The notes under the pieces are model-generated. The model was not told the DNA's origin. It did not search any database and worked only from the letters and a program-made list of their open reading frames with translations. DNA of 52,555 nt from Actibacterium sp. Lineage in GTDB: Bacteria > Pseudomonadota > Alphaproteobacteria > Rhodobacterales > Rhodobacteraceae. The stretch lies in contig JADQCD010000127.1 in the NCBI GenBank assembly GCA_016278285.1, positions 1 through 52,555 on the forward strand, read 5' to 3'. Of the stretch, positions 9,982 through 19,409 are shown piece by piece (the stretch's first letter is position 1; each line of letters begins with the position of its first letter). The position numbers and the translations under genes were made by a program.

Positions 9982-11451
9982 ATGTCCGATCTTTTCGACG
10001 CCCCGGCCCCCGGCACGAACGCCCCGGAATTCACCGTCTCGGAAATCTCCGGCGCAGTGAAAAAGATGATCGAGGGCGAGTTCGGCCATGTCCGTATCCG
10101 CGGCGAGATCGGCCGCGTCAGCCGGCCACGATCGGGGCATGTCTATCTTGACCTCAAGGACGACCGCGCGGTGCTGTCCGGCGTGATCTGGAAGGGGGTG
10201 GCCGCGCGTCTGGCCACCCAGCCCGAAGAGGGGCTGGAGGTGGTCGCCATCGGGCGACTCACGACCTTTCCCGGCCAATCGAAATACCAGATCGTGATCG
10301 AGCACATCGCGCCCGCCGGCATGGGCGCACTGATGGCGATGCTGGAAAAACGCAAGAAGGCACTTGAGGCCGAAGGGCTGTTCGCGGCCGAACGAAAGCA
10401 GCCACTGCCCTATCTGCCCGAGGTGATCGGCGTCATCACATCGCCCTCGGGCGCGGTGATCCGCGACATCCTGCACCGGCTGCGCGACCGGTTCCCGCGC
10501 AAGGTGCTGATCTGGCCGGTCGCCGTGCAGGGCGAGAAATGCGCGTCCGAGGTTGCCCGCGCGATCGAGGGGTTCAACCGCCTGACACCGGGCGGGGCGC
10601 TGCCCCGGCCAGATCTGTTGATCGTGGCGCGCGGCGGCGGCTCGATCGAGGATCTGTGGGGTTTCAACGAGGAAATCGTGGTGCGTGCCGCTGCGGCCTC
10701 GCGGATACCGCTGATCTCGGCCGTGGGGCATGAGACCGATACCACGCTGATCGACCATGCCGCCGACCGGCGCGCGCCGACACCCACCGCCGCGGCCGAA
10801 CTGGCGGTGCCGGTTCGCATGGAGCTTCTGGCCTGGACCGACGGGCAGGGCGCCCGGCTGACCCATGCGCTGACCCGGGGCGTCGCGCTGCGCGGCCAGC
10901 GCATGAAGGATTTGGCCCGGGCGCTACCACGCCCCGCGCAACTGGTCGAATCGGCGCGCCAGCGGCTGGATTACACCGGCGACCGGCTGGGCCCGGCGCT
11001 GGTGGCCGCGGCACAGGGTCGGCGTGTCAAACTCTCGCAGGTCAGTGGTTCGCTGCGTCCCGCGGCGCTGCGTCGTCTGACATCCGAGGCGCGAATCCGC
11101 CTTGGCGATCGCACCGCGCGGCTGACGCCCGACACGCTGCAACGCGACATCGCCCGCAAGAGGCGTGAGCTGGACGCTGTGCTCGCGCGTCTGTCCCGCG
11201 CCGGTTCGGTGCAGACCGATGCCTGGCGCAAGCGGATCGACGGGCTGGAGAGGATGCGTCAAAGTCTCGGCTACACCGAGACGCTGAAACGTGGCTACGC
11301 AGTGGTGCGCGGGGGTGGACAGGTCGTCACCACCAGGGCCGAGGCCGAAACCGCCCAGGGGCTGGAGATAGAGTTCCAGGACGGTCGCCTGACGGTTGAC
11401 CGCGCCCCGACGAAAATCCCCGAAGCCAGATCCGACCCGCCCGGGCAGTAA
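9982..11451 (+). CDS. xseA: Exodeoxyribonuclease VII large subunit
   Basis: Real start at ATG 9982 (MSDLFDAPAPG...EFTVSEISGAVKKMIEGEFGHVRIRGEI...). The OB-fold N-terminus and catalytic core (ITSPSGAVIRDILHRL; ARGGGSIEDLW) are present. The upstream part of ORF 8932..11451 is antisense to purD. Confidence 0.93.
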   Translation: MSDLFDAPAPGTNAPEFTVSEISGAVKKMIEGEFGHVRIRGEIGRVSRPRSGHVYLDLKDDRAVLSGVIWKGVAARLATQPEEGLEVVAIGRLTTFPGQSKYQIVIEHIAPAGMGALMAMLEKRKKALEAEGLFAAERKQPLPYLPEVIGVITSPSGAVIRDILHRLRDRFPRKVLIWPVAVQGEKCASEVARAIEGFNRLTPGGALPRPDLLIVARGGGSIEDLWGFNEEIVVRAAAASRIPLISAVGHETDTTLIDHAADRRAPTPTAAAELAVPVRMELLAWTDGQGARLTHALTRGVALRGQRMKDLARALPRPAQLVESARQRLDYTGDRLGPALVAAAQGRRVKLSQVSGSLRPAALRRLTSEARIRLGDRTARLTPDTLQRDIARKRRELDAVLARLSRAGSVQTDAWRKRIDGLERMRQSLGYTETLKRGYAVVRGGGQVVTTRAEAETAQGLEIEFQDGRLTVDRAPTKIPEARSDPPGQ

Positions 11452-11551
11452 GCCATGTGATGTGCTGAAGGCCTGAGGACCGAGCATGCATCCCGCAGCG
11501 CGGCATCCGTCATGTTGCGGGCGTGGCCGCGGTCCTTCGGGTCTTCGGCAC

Positions 11552-11761
11552 CGCACCCCTGATCGGGAAGCCGACAACCGGCCCTGGCAGAACGCTTATG
11601 TCGAGCGCTACCACAGGACGGTCCGGCACGAAAGGCTGGACCAACAGATCAAGAACATCGAGAAGGCCAGGGATCAGGCCAGGCAAGGACTATGGACTTG
11701 CGACACCGACCGCCCCAACATGGGCGTAGCCGGCATTACACCCGCCATGAAACTGAAAAAG
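11552..11761 (+). pseudogene. IS3-family (rve integrase core) transposase C-terminal fragment
   Basis: ...NRPWQNAYVERYHRTVRHERLDQQIKNIEKARDQARQGLWTCDTDRPNMGVAGITPAMKLKK matches the conserved tail of IS3-family OrfB (KPQQNAFIERFNRT.R.E.L....F.S.....A......YN..RPH.ALGG.TP). There is no N-terminal part. Confidence 0.65.
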
Positions 11762-11915
11762 ACCGCGCAAGTGCTGCGGACGTACCCCATTGAAAATGGG
11801 GAGATTACCGGAGGATCCGCCATGAGCATCGCCTGCAAATTCTTTCCGCTGCCCAACGTTCAGGTTTATCGCGCGAAGGCCGCCAGGATGTTGTCCATGG
11901 GGTCCCCTGACGCCT

Positions 11916-12552
11916 TTGGTCAGGCGCCGCCGATTTCTCGTCGCTCTGGCCGGTGTCGCCGCGATCCCGAAGGGCCTCAAGGCCACAACGTGGCGGCCCG
12001 CACCCGTGCTCATCACCTCCGCTTGCCAGGAAGACGCCCCGATGACCGACAGCATCCTCGTCGTGCATGCAACCCGCACCGGGTCAACCGCCGAGGTGGC
12101 GGACAAGATCGCCCGGCACTTGTGCAAGGCAAGCCTTTCGGCCGACACGCGGGCCGTGACCGAGGGAACAGGCCCTGAGGTTTTCCGGCGCCGTTCTGGG
12201 CAGCGCGGTGCGTTATGGGTCTCGGCCACGCGAGATGACGGACTTCCTTTCGGCAAATCGCAACGCACTGTTCGCCATGCCTGTGGCGTATTTCACGATG
12301 CACATGCTGGCCGTCGACAACGATCCTGCCACCGCGACCGAGCGGGCGAAATACACGGCGAAGGCGCGCGATCTGGTCGCGCCTGCCGACGAAGCCTTCT
12401 TCGAAGGCATGATCGACCCCGCGCGCCTGTCCTTCCACGACCGCTTCGCTGTCAGTCCCGTGAAATCACCGGTGGGCGACAAACGAGACTGGGAAAGGGT
12501 CGCCGCCTGGACAGAAAGGCCGGCGCCGCACCTGGTGTCGGCGCCGGCATGA
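11916..12552 (+). pseudogene. Flavodoxin-domain protein with Tat signal, apparently frameshifted
   Basis: A TTG start at 11916 gives VRRRRFLVALAGVAAIP (twin-arginine signal), then MTDSILVVHATRTGSTAEVADKIA (flavodoxin N-terminus). Homology continues in the +1 frame from about 12163 (..FSGAVLGSAVRYGSRPREMTDFLSANRNALFAMPVAYFT...). One frameshift near 12150-12170 is therefore required. Confidence 0.6.
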
Positions 12553-13004
12553 CGACCGGACGCGCCTTTCCCGTGGGTCCGGGCAGGCTGATACTGGCCG
12601 GTGACAGCCATACGGCGGGCACGTTTCGAGAGACGCGCAGGCAGTCCGACAGCAGATCATTCGAAAAAGGGCACCCTGATTCAGACAAGCGCGGGCCGCC
12701 GGAATACGCGGTGGCGGGCGAAGACCCGCCCCTGATGATGATCCACGGAACCGGCGGCGGATTCGATCAGGGGCTCCTGTTAGCCGCCGGGCTGCGCCCG
12801 AGCGGCTTGCGGATTGTTACGCCGTCGCGCTTCGGCCATCTCGGCAGCGCCCGTCCCGGCGAGGCTGCGGCCGCCCGTCAGGCCGACCGAATTCCCGGCG
12901 CGCGCCTCATCGTCTATCCCGACGGCGGGCATATCCGGCTCGGCCATGACGCCGACCTGAGCCGCGTCTTTGACGCGTTCACCACCGGGATCCCCATCGC
13001 CTGA
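12549..13004 (+). pseudogene. Alpha/beta-hydrolase remnant with internal deletion
   Basis: ...PPLMMIHGTGGGFDQG...GLRIVTPSRFGHLGS... (N-terminal HG oxyanion region) is joined directly to ...IPGARLIVYPDGGHIRLGHDA...FDAF (C-terminal His region). The nucleophile-elbow segment and cap are missing. The ORF is about 150 aa, against about 270 aa expected. Confidence 0.5.
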
Positions 13005-13023
13005 TTCTTCAAGGAGTACCCCC

Positions 13024-14034
13024 ATGCCCTATACCCGAGTCACGCTGCAGGCCTTCGGGGGCCCAGAAAACCTTGAGCTGGAAACCGTCGCCGACCTGCC
13101 TGAACCCAAAGCGGGCAAAGTACGGGTGCGCGTGCGGGTGACAAGTGCGGCCTTCACCGACGTGATGATCCGCAAGGGGATGTACCCGGACGTGAAGGAA
13201 AAGCCGCCCTTCACCCCCGGCTACGACATGGTGGGGATCGTCGAAGTAACGGACTCCGGCACGACCCGCTTCCGGCCCGGCGACCGTGTCGCCGACCTGA
13301 CCACCATCGGCGCCTACGCAGAATACATCTGCCTGCCCGAGGATCGCCTGACGCCCGTGCCCGAAGGCGTGTCGGATGTCGATGCGCTCGGCATGATCCT
13401 GTCGGCGGTGACACCCTGGCAAATGCTGACTCGCGTAGCGAAGATGCAGGCGGGCCAGAGCCTGCTGATCCATGGCGCGGGCGGCGCGGTGGGCACCGCA
13501 ATGCTGCAACTGGCGCGCGATGCGGGGATCGCGGCCTTCGGCACCGACGTTGCCGCCAAGCATGACCTGATCCGCAACCTCGGCGCCACGCCGATCGACG
13601 CCGATGCCCCCGAGGCGGCGCTGATCGAGGCGACGGGCGGCGGCGTCGATGTCGTGTTCGACCCGCTCGGCGGCGAGAGCCTGTCGCGCTCGCTTCATGC
13701 GCTGAAGCCGGGCGGGATGCTGGTCGCCTTCGGTTTCCAGAACGAGGTGCTGGGACGCGGCGGCTCGATCCCGATGGATTTCGTGAAGCTGACGCTCTGG
13801 GACTGGCTTCCGAACGGGCACGCCACCGCCTTCTACTCCATCGGCGCGATGCGGCGGAGACACCCCGACTGGTTCCGCGAGGATCTGGCGACGCTCTTCG
13901 CCATGCTGGCCGAGGGCCGGATAGCCCCGGTGGTGGCCGAGGTGCTGCCGCTGTCCGAGGTGCGGCATGCGCATGAACGGGTGGAGGCGGGAGAGGTTTC
14001 GGGGAAACTCGTCCTGAGGGTGACGGCGCAATGA
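13024..14034 (+). CDS. Zinc-independent MDR family NADPH:quinone oxidoreductase-like protein
   Basis: MPYTRVTLQAFGGPENLELETV...PGYDMVGIVE...LIHGAGGAVGTAMLQLA (Rossmann GxGxxG) ...GKLVLRV. Start placed at ATG 13024. Confidence 0.85.
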   Translation: MPYTRVTLQAFGGPENLELETVADLPEPKAGKVRVRVRVTSAAFTDVMIRKGMYPDVKEKPPFTPGYDMVGIVEVTDSGTTRFRPGDRVADLTTIGAYAEYICLPEDRLTPVPEGVSDVDALGMILSAVTPWQMLTRVAKMQAGQSLLIHGAGGAVGTAMLQLARDAGIAAFGTDVAAKHDLIRNLGATPIDADAPEAALIEATGGGVDVVFDPLGGESLSRSLHALKPGGMLVAFGFQNEVLGRGGSIPMDFVKLTLWDWLPNGHATAFYSIGAMRRRHPDWFREDLATLFAMLAEGRIAPVVAEVLPLSEVRHAHERVEAGEVSGKLVLRVTAQ

Positions 14035-14039
14035 CGCAG

Positions 14040-14390
14040 GTGTTCAGGCCCGTCTGGCATTTGCCCTGGCCATCTTCGTGGCAACCGAGATCCGCGCGCA
14101 ATCCGAGACGTTCCTGCGGTGCCTGCTTCGCAACGGCGTTCTGGCAAAGCACGAAGCAAGCGTGGGACGACCAGCCCAGAGTTTGCTGTGGGCGCTCATC
14201 GCTTTCGCCGTGGGGTTCGCGCCGCCGGCGGCGCCTTCCTCGTTCTCCTTGGCGCGACGGGCGATCTCGGTATCACGCGTGGCGATCTCTGCCTACAGCT
14301 GGGCCGATGCCGTGATCAGGACCTTGAGCGTGGGGATGACATCGGCAGGCAGGTCGCATTTCGGGTCTTCGACGCAACCCTGATTATCAA
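14040..14390 (-). pseudogene. IS110-family transposase fragment (stop and frameshift disrupted)
   Basis: My minus-strand translation gives ...LKVLITASAQL*AEIATRDTEIARRAKENEE..., and in another frame ...LGWSSHACFVLCQNAVAKQAPQERLGLRADLG... These resemble the IS110 middle and C-terminal regions (L..EI..LD.EIARRA.EDE...; AWLGL.PRQ.SSGGK.RLG.ISK.G). The match is weak and degenerate. Confidence 0.5.
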
Positions 14391-14429
14391 GGAGTGGTCG
14401 GACGCGCCACGCGCCCGACCGAACGCCGA

Positions 14430-15242
14430 TCAGCCGTCCCGATCCATGATCCACTGCACCGCCGGGTCCGGTTTAAAACGCCAGTTGCGGCGCGGTCCGG
14501 CCATGACGTTGAGATAATACATTTCGAATCCATACGGGGCGCCACAGGGATGGTGGCCGCGCGGTACCAGCACCACGTCGCCATCCTTGACGGCCATGGG
14601 TTCGTCCAGCGTGCCGTCCTCGGTATAGACCCGTTGAAACCCGAAGCCCTGGGCCGGGTTCAGCCGGTGATAGTATGTCTCTTCAAGATACGTGATGCGG
14701 GGAAAATCATCCTCGTCATGGCGATGACTGGGATAGGACGACCAGTGCCCGTCCGGCGTGAAGACCTCGGTCACCAGAAGGCTGTCGGCGAAATCCTCGG
14801 CCTCCATCGCAATGTTATTGATATGGCGGGTGTTCACGCCGGTGCCGCGTTCGGTCAGCATGATCCCGTCGGGTCCGATCCGGCGGGGTGGATGGCCGCC
14901 CCGACCGGGGGCGGAACACACTGCCACGATGCAGTCGGTTTCGGCCACCAGCGACCAGTCGTGGTCATTAGGCACATACAGGCAGTGCGGCGGCGTCTTC
15001 TCGAACACGTTCATCCGGTCGCCCAGAACGCCCCAATCCTGGCCGGCGGCGCTGATCCGCGCCTTGCCCTCGACCATCACCAGGATGACCTCGCGCGCGC
15101 CGGTCGGCTCGGCCGCAGCCTCGCCGGGTCGCAATCGGTACAGCGAAAACCCTACATAACGCCAGCCGGCACTTTCGGGGGTGATCTGGTGAACCTTGCC
15201 ACGGGTCCCGAAAGGTTTGCAGAGAAGGTCAGGCATCATCAT
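14430..15242 (-). CDS. iolB: 5-deoxy-glucuronate isomerase
   Basis: Cupin-type IolB (..WSSYPSHRHDEDD...ETYYHR...VPRGHHPCGAPYGFEMYYLNVMAG). The start is within ATGATGATG (15242, 15239 or 15236) and overlaps the stop of the upstream 67-aa ORF. Confidence 0.9.
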   Translation of the reverse strand: MMMPDLLCKPFGTRGKVHQITPESAGWRYVGFSLYRLRPGEAAAEPTGAREVILVMVEGKARISAAGQDWGVLGDRMNVFEKTPPHCLYVPNDHDWSLVAETDCIVAVCSAPGRGGHPPRRIGPDGIMLTERGTGVNTRHINNIAMEAEDFADSLLVTEVFTPDGHWSSYPSHRHDEDDFPRITYLEETYYHRLNPAQGFGFQRVYTEDGTLDEPMAVKDGDVVLVPRGHHPCGAPYGFEMYYLNVMAGPRRNWRFKPDPAVQWIMDRDG

Positions 15243-15432
15243 CTTCCTTGTAATTAACGGGATCGAAGACCACGAAGAATTCATAGGCGCACCAGGCCCC
15301 GATCGCGCCGAAGATCAGGGCCCAGCCGGGATTGCCCATCGCCAGTTCGGCCAGAGCCCAGCCGGACGCCACCCCTGTTGTAAGAACACGCACGGCAAGC
15401 GGCCGGAAGAAGGGGTGACGCAGGTTGAACAT
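15229..15432 (-). CDS. Small hydrophobic protein (about 2 TM helices), function unknown
   Basis: 67 aa: MFNLRHPFFRPLAVRVLTTGVASGWALAELAMGNPGWALIFGAIGAWCAYEFFVVFDPVNYKEDDDA. Its ATG lies 3 nt after the PhyH stop (TGAGCGATG) and its stop overlaps the iolB start. It therefore exactly fills the gap in the operon. No homology was recognised. Confidence 0.55.
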   Translation of the reverse strand: MFNLRHPFFRPLAVRVLTTGVASGWALAELAMGNPGWALIFGAIGAWCAYEFFVVFDPVNYKEDDDA

Positions 15433-15435
15433 CGC

Positions 15436-16617
15436 TCAGGCCGCCTGACGGGTGCGTTGGTCGGCCAGCGTGCGGGCAAGGTCGTCGCGCGTCCAGCTCT
15501 CGGCTACGGCCTTGCGCATCAGATCGGCCTGGCTGTCCGGCGCAAGCCCGCCGATGGGCGGGTCGGTGTCGAGGTTGGTGGGGAACGGATACCCCTCGGC
15601 ACAGGCGGCGATCGCCGCGTCAATCTGGGCCGCGCTCAGCGCGCCGGATTGTTTCAGCCGCACCAGGGATGGAAACAGCGCCTCGGACATGGCACGGCGA
15701 TCAACCGCTTCCAGCGAGCGTCCAAACGCCGACGAGATCTGCAGAAGGTTCACCATCCGCTCGACATCGGCGCTGCGGTTCTCGCCCGCGGCGTGAAACA
15801 TCGCGGGGTTGAAGAAGACCGCGTCGCCCTTTTCAAGGGGCAGTTGCACATGCGCGGTCTCGAAATGATCGCGGAATGCCGGATCATGAAACGCCAGATA
15901 GCCCGGCCCAAAGGCTTGCGAGAACGGTAACAGTTTGGTCGGTCCCGACTCGACCGGCATGTCGACATGGGCCACCGCGCCTTGCAGCGTCAGGGTCGCC
16001 GTCACCTCGTGGGCGTGGGCGGGATAGCGGGCGCTTTGCTCGGCGCTCATGAACCCCAGGTGATAATCGCAATGCGCGGTCTGCGCCTTGCCGCCGGGGC
16101 GCACCTGGTTGACCTGCGCGGTCACCTGGTAATTCGGTCCCAGCCACGCCTCGGACGCCGCCGCCACCGACGTGTTGCCGAAGTACAGGGCAAAGCCTTC
16201 GGGGTCGCGCAGGCATTGCTTTTGCAGCGCGTTCCAGATCCGGTCATTTGCCCCCGCGGCGGCGAAGTGGTCGCCCTTGCCCGCCGCGCTGGCGCGCTCG
16301 GCCGCGATGATATCGCGGAAGATGTCGCTGGCCCGGTCGACCACGGAGGTATCGGCATAGGCGCTTTTCAGCGCGATCACCCCGGCCGAAGCGCGCAGCA
16401 CATGGCCCCACTCGGCCAGCAGCGCGCGACGGCGCGCCGCGTCGTCCAGCGCGGGGCGCAGCGCCGCCATGTCGTAGACGGGCACGTTGTGCACGATCCC
16501 GCTGGCATGGGGCACCGTGTCGATGGTCAGGTTCTGCGACGTCAACACCTTGAACTCGTTCAGATCGCAGGATTCGCGATCGAAATAGCCAACGTACCCG
16601 AGTTCTCTGTCTACCAT
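15436..16617 (-). CDS. Phytanoyl-CoA dioxygenase (PhyH) family Fe(II)/2-oxoglutarate oxygenase
   Basis: 393 aa. Has an HxD facial-triad motif (AHCDYH), a distal His (NPAMFHAAGEN) and a PhyH-like overall layout. GAGGAG Shine-Dalgarno lies 6-7 nt upstream of the ATG. Confidence 0.85.
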   Translation of the reverse strand: MVDRELGYVGYFDRESCDLNEFKVLTSQNLTIDTVPHASGIVHNVPVYDMAALRPALDDAARRRALLAEWGHVLRASAGVIALKSAYADTSVVDRASDIFRDIIAAERASAAGKGDHFAAAGANDRIWNALQKQCLRDPEGFALYFGNTSVAAASEAWLGPNYQVTAQVNQVRPGGKAQTAHCDYHLGFMSAEQSARYPAHAHEVTATLTLQGAVAHVDMPVESGPTKLLPFSQAFGPGYLAFHDPAFRDHFETAHVQLPLEKGDAVFFNPAMFHAAGENRSADVERMVNLLQISSAFGRSLEAVDRRAMSEALFPSLVRLKQSGALSAAQIDAAIAACAEGYPFPTNLDTDPPIGGLAPDSQADLMRKAVAESWTRDDLARTLADQRTRQAA

Positions 16618-16671
16618 GATTTTCTCCTCGTTCTCATGGGGACGGTGTCGACCCGCAGGGGCCGGTGAAAC

Positions 16672-17577
16672 CTAGCTGTCGATGACCAGCCCGGAGCGGT
16701 CGCAGATCCTTACGATATGGTCGTGACCCAGTCTGGAGTAGTCATCCGGGGGCGCCTTCGCGGGGTCCTGTTCAGCCTCGACGACGATCCAGCCGTCATA
16801 ATCCACCGCCTTCAGGCGGTCAGTGATCGCCTGGAAATCGATGCAGCCCTCGGGGTCACCGGGCACCGAGAAGACACCCGCGCGCACCCCGTCGAGAAAG
16901 CTGAGATCCTCGGCCCGGACCCGGGCCATCACGTCGGCACGCACATCCTTGAAATGGACGTGATGGATGCGGTCGCCCCACTTGTCGAGCACGGCCAGCG
17001 GATCGGCCCCGCCGAACAGCAGATGCCCTGTGTCGAACAGCAACGTGACCTCGGGGGCCGAGCCCTCCATCAGCCAGTCGATGTCTTCGGCATCCTCGAT
17101 CATCGAGCCCATGTGGTGGTGATAGGACAGGGTCAGGCCCTTGTCGGCCATCCACTTGGCCAGTTCCGACAGCTTTCCGGCATAGGTCTGCACCTCCTCC
17201 CGCGTCAGCTTGGGGCGCGCGTTTACGGGGATCGTCGAATCCCCCTGCACGGTGTTCGAGCACTCTGCATAGACGATGCAAGGCGCCGTCAGCGCGGCGA
17301 ACTGCTCGACCTGGCCGCGAACGTTGGCCTTTTCCTCGGCGAGTGTGGCGGTCATCAGACTGCCCGAACACCAACCGCCGCACAGCGAAAGGCCATAGCG
17401 ATCGAGGTAGCGGCGCAGCCCCTCGGTGTCGGCCGGCATGCGCCGCCCGCGCTCGACCCCGGAATAGCCGATGCGCGCCGCGGCCTCCATCGCGTCTTCG
17501 GTGGTGAACGCGGCGGTCAGGTCCGGCAGATCGTCATTCTGCCATGCGATCAGGGACACCCCAAGCTTCACACCCAT
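16672..17577 (-). CDS. iolE: Myo-inosose-2 dehydratase
   Basis: MGVKLGVSLIAWQNDDLPDL... is a TIM-barrel IolE. ATG at 17577 overlaps the iolD stop (TGATG). The track's first codon at 17580 is TTG. Confidence 0.9.
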   Translation of the reverse strand: MGVKLGVSLIAWQNDDLPDLTAAFTTEDAMEAAARIGYSGVERGRRMPADTEGLRRYLDRYGLSLCGGWCSGSLMTATLAEEKANVRGQVEQFAALTAPCIVYAECSNTVQGDSTIPVNARPKLTREEVQTYAGKLSELAKWMADKGLTLSYHHHMGSMIEDAEDIDWLMEGSAPEVTLLFDTGHLLFGGADPLAVLDKWGDRIHHVHFKDVRADVMARVRAEDLSFLDGVRAGVFSVPGDPEGCIDFQAITDRLKAVDYDGWIVVEAEQDPAKAPPDDYSRLGHDHIVRICDRSGLVIDS

Positions 17578-19409
17578 CAATCGGCCCTCTGAGTCTGCTT
17601 GTTGGAAAGATAGCCCTTGTAGGCCTCTTGCACCTGTTCGCGGTCAGACACCTCGGGCACGCCGACCTCCCACCAGGTGCCGCCATGGGGGGTGCTGGCA
17701 TTGGGGTCGGTATCGATGACGACAACATACGGGCCCTTGACCTCGTGACGCCGGGCCAGTGCCGCTTCCAACTCGGCGATGCTGGAAACCTTGACCGAGG
17801 TCGCCCCCATCGCGCCGGCATGGGCGGCGAAGTCGATGGCACTCGGCGTCTGATGAACCGTATGGTCGAGCATATTGTTGAATTCGGCCCCGCCGGTGCC
17901 CACCTGAAGCCGGTTGATGCAGGCGAACCCCCGGTTGTCGGTGACCACCACGGTGAAGGAGACGCCCATCATCGCCGCTGTCGCCATCTCGGAATTGGCC
18001 ATCATGTAGGTGCCGTCGCCGGTGAAGCAGATCACGTCGGCCTCGGGCTGGGCCATCTTGATGCCCATCGCTCCGGGAATTTCGTATCCCATGCAGGAAA
18101 ACCCGTATTCCATGTGATAACTGCCCGGCCGCCCGGCCTTCCACAGTTTGTGCAGCTCGCCCGGCATCGAGCCGGCGGCGCACATGGCGACGGTCGTGTC
18201 GCCGGCCGCGCGCTGCACAGCGCCGATCACCTGCATGTCTGTGGGCGGCTCGTTTCTGTCGGCGGGCGCCGCAGTCAACGGATCGACCTTGGCAAACCAG
18301 TCGGGCTTCAATCCGGCGATGTCGCCCGGGGCCCTGTGCGCGTCCAACGCCTGCGACAATGCGTCAAGCCCCACCTTCGCATCGCAGACCAGCGGCTCGG
18401 CCAGATGTTTGCCCGCGTCATAGGCCGCGACGTTGAGGCTGACCAGCCGCCGCGCGGGGTTGGCGAACAGCCCCCACGACCCGGTCGTGAAATCCTGAAA
18501 CCGGGTGCCGACGCCCAGCACCAGGTCGGCCTCGGCGCCGATGGTGTTGGCAGGCTCGCCGCCGGTGACACCGATCGGACCCAGGTTTAGCGGATGGTCC
18601 CATGGCAGCGCCGATTTGCCCGCCTGTGTCTCTGTGACGGGGATGTTGTGTGCCTCGACAAAGGCGCGCAGGGCCTCGGTCGCCTCGGAATAATGCACGC
18701 CGCCGCCAGCCACGATGACCGGGCGTTTCGCGCCTCTCAGGCTGTCGGCCACATCGGCCAGTTCGGCGGTGTCGGGGCGCGGGCGGCGCCGCCGCCAGAC
18801 GCGGGGTTCGAAGAAACTGGCCGGATAATCATACGCTTCGGCCTGCACGTCCTGGCACAGCGACAGCGTGACCGGGCCGCAATCGGCCGGGTCCGTCATC
18901 GTGCGGAAGGCCCGCGGCAGCGCGGTCAGAAGATGTTCGGGCCGGCTGATCCGGTCGAAATAGCGGCTGACGGTCTTGAACGTGTCGTTAACGCTGACCG
19001 TGCCGTCGCCAAAGGCCTCGATCTGTTGCAGCACCGGGTCGGGGCCGCGATCGGCGAACACGTCCCCGGGCAACAGAAGCACCGGCAAGCGGTTCACATG
19101 CGCAAGCGCGGCGGCCGTCACCATGTTGGTGGCCCCCGGCCCGATCGACGAGGTCACCGCCATCGCCCGCTTGCGCCGCGATTGCTTGGCATAGGCGATG
19201 GCGCAATGGGCCATCGTCTGTTCGCAATGGCCGCGATAGGTCGGCAGCCTGTCCTGCATCGGGTACAACGCTTCGCCAAGCCCGGCGACGTTGCCATGGC
19301 CGAAAATGGCCCAGCAGCCTGCGATGAAGGGCACACCCTCTTCGGTCATCTGGGCCGCGACATAGCGCACCAGCGCCTGCGCGGCGGTCAGTCGGATCGT
19401 GTCGGTCAT
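17577..19409 (-). CDS. iolD: 3D-(3,5/4)-trihydroxycyclohexane-1,2-dione acylhydrolase (ThDP enzyme)
   Basis: Real start at ATG 19409 (MTDTIRLTAAQALVRYVAAQ...), 610 aa. ThDP motif GDGTYMMANSE is present. ATGA overlap with the iolC stop. Confidence 0.93.
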   Translation of the reverse strand: MTDTIRLTAAQALVRYVAAQMTEEGVPFIAGCWAIFGHGNVAGLGEALYPMQDRLPTYRGHCEQTMAHCAIAYAKQSRRKRAMAVTSSIGPGATNMVTAAALAHVNRLPVLLLPGDVFADRGPDPVLQQIEAFGDGTVSVNDTFKTVSRYFDRISRPEHLLTALPRAFRTMTDPADCGPVTLSLCQDVQAEAYDYPASFFEPRVWRRRRPRPDTAELADVADSLRGAKRPVIVAGGGVHYSEATEALRAFVEAHNIPVTETQAGKSALPWDHPLNLGPIGVTGGEPANTIGAEADLVLGVGTRFQDFTTGSWGLFANPARRLVSLNVAAYDAGKHLAEPLVCDAKVGLDALSQALDAHRAPGDIAGLKPDWFAKVDPLTAAPADRNEPPTDMQVIGAVQRAAGDTTVAMCAAGSMPGELHKLWKAGRPGSYHMEYGFSCMGYEIPGAMGIKMAQPEADVICFTGDGTYMMANSEMATAAMMGVSFTVVVTDNRGFACINRLQVGTGGAEFNNMLDHTVHQTPSAIDFAAHAGAMGATSVKVSSIAELEAALARRHEVKGPYVVVIDTDPNASTPHGGTWWEVGVPEVSDREQVQEAYKGYLSNKQTQRAD

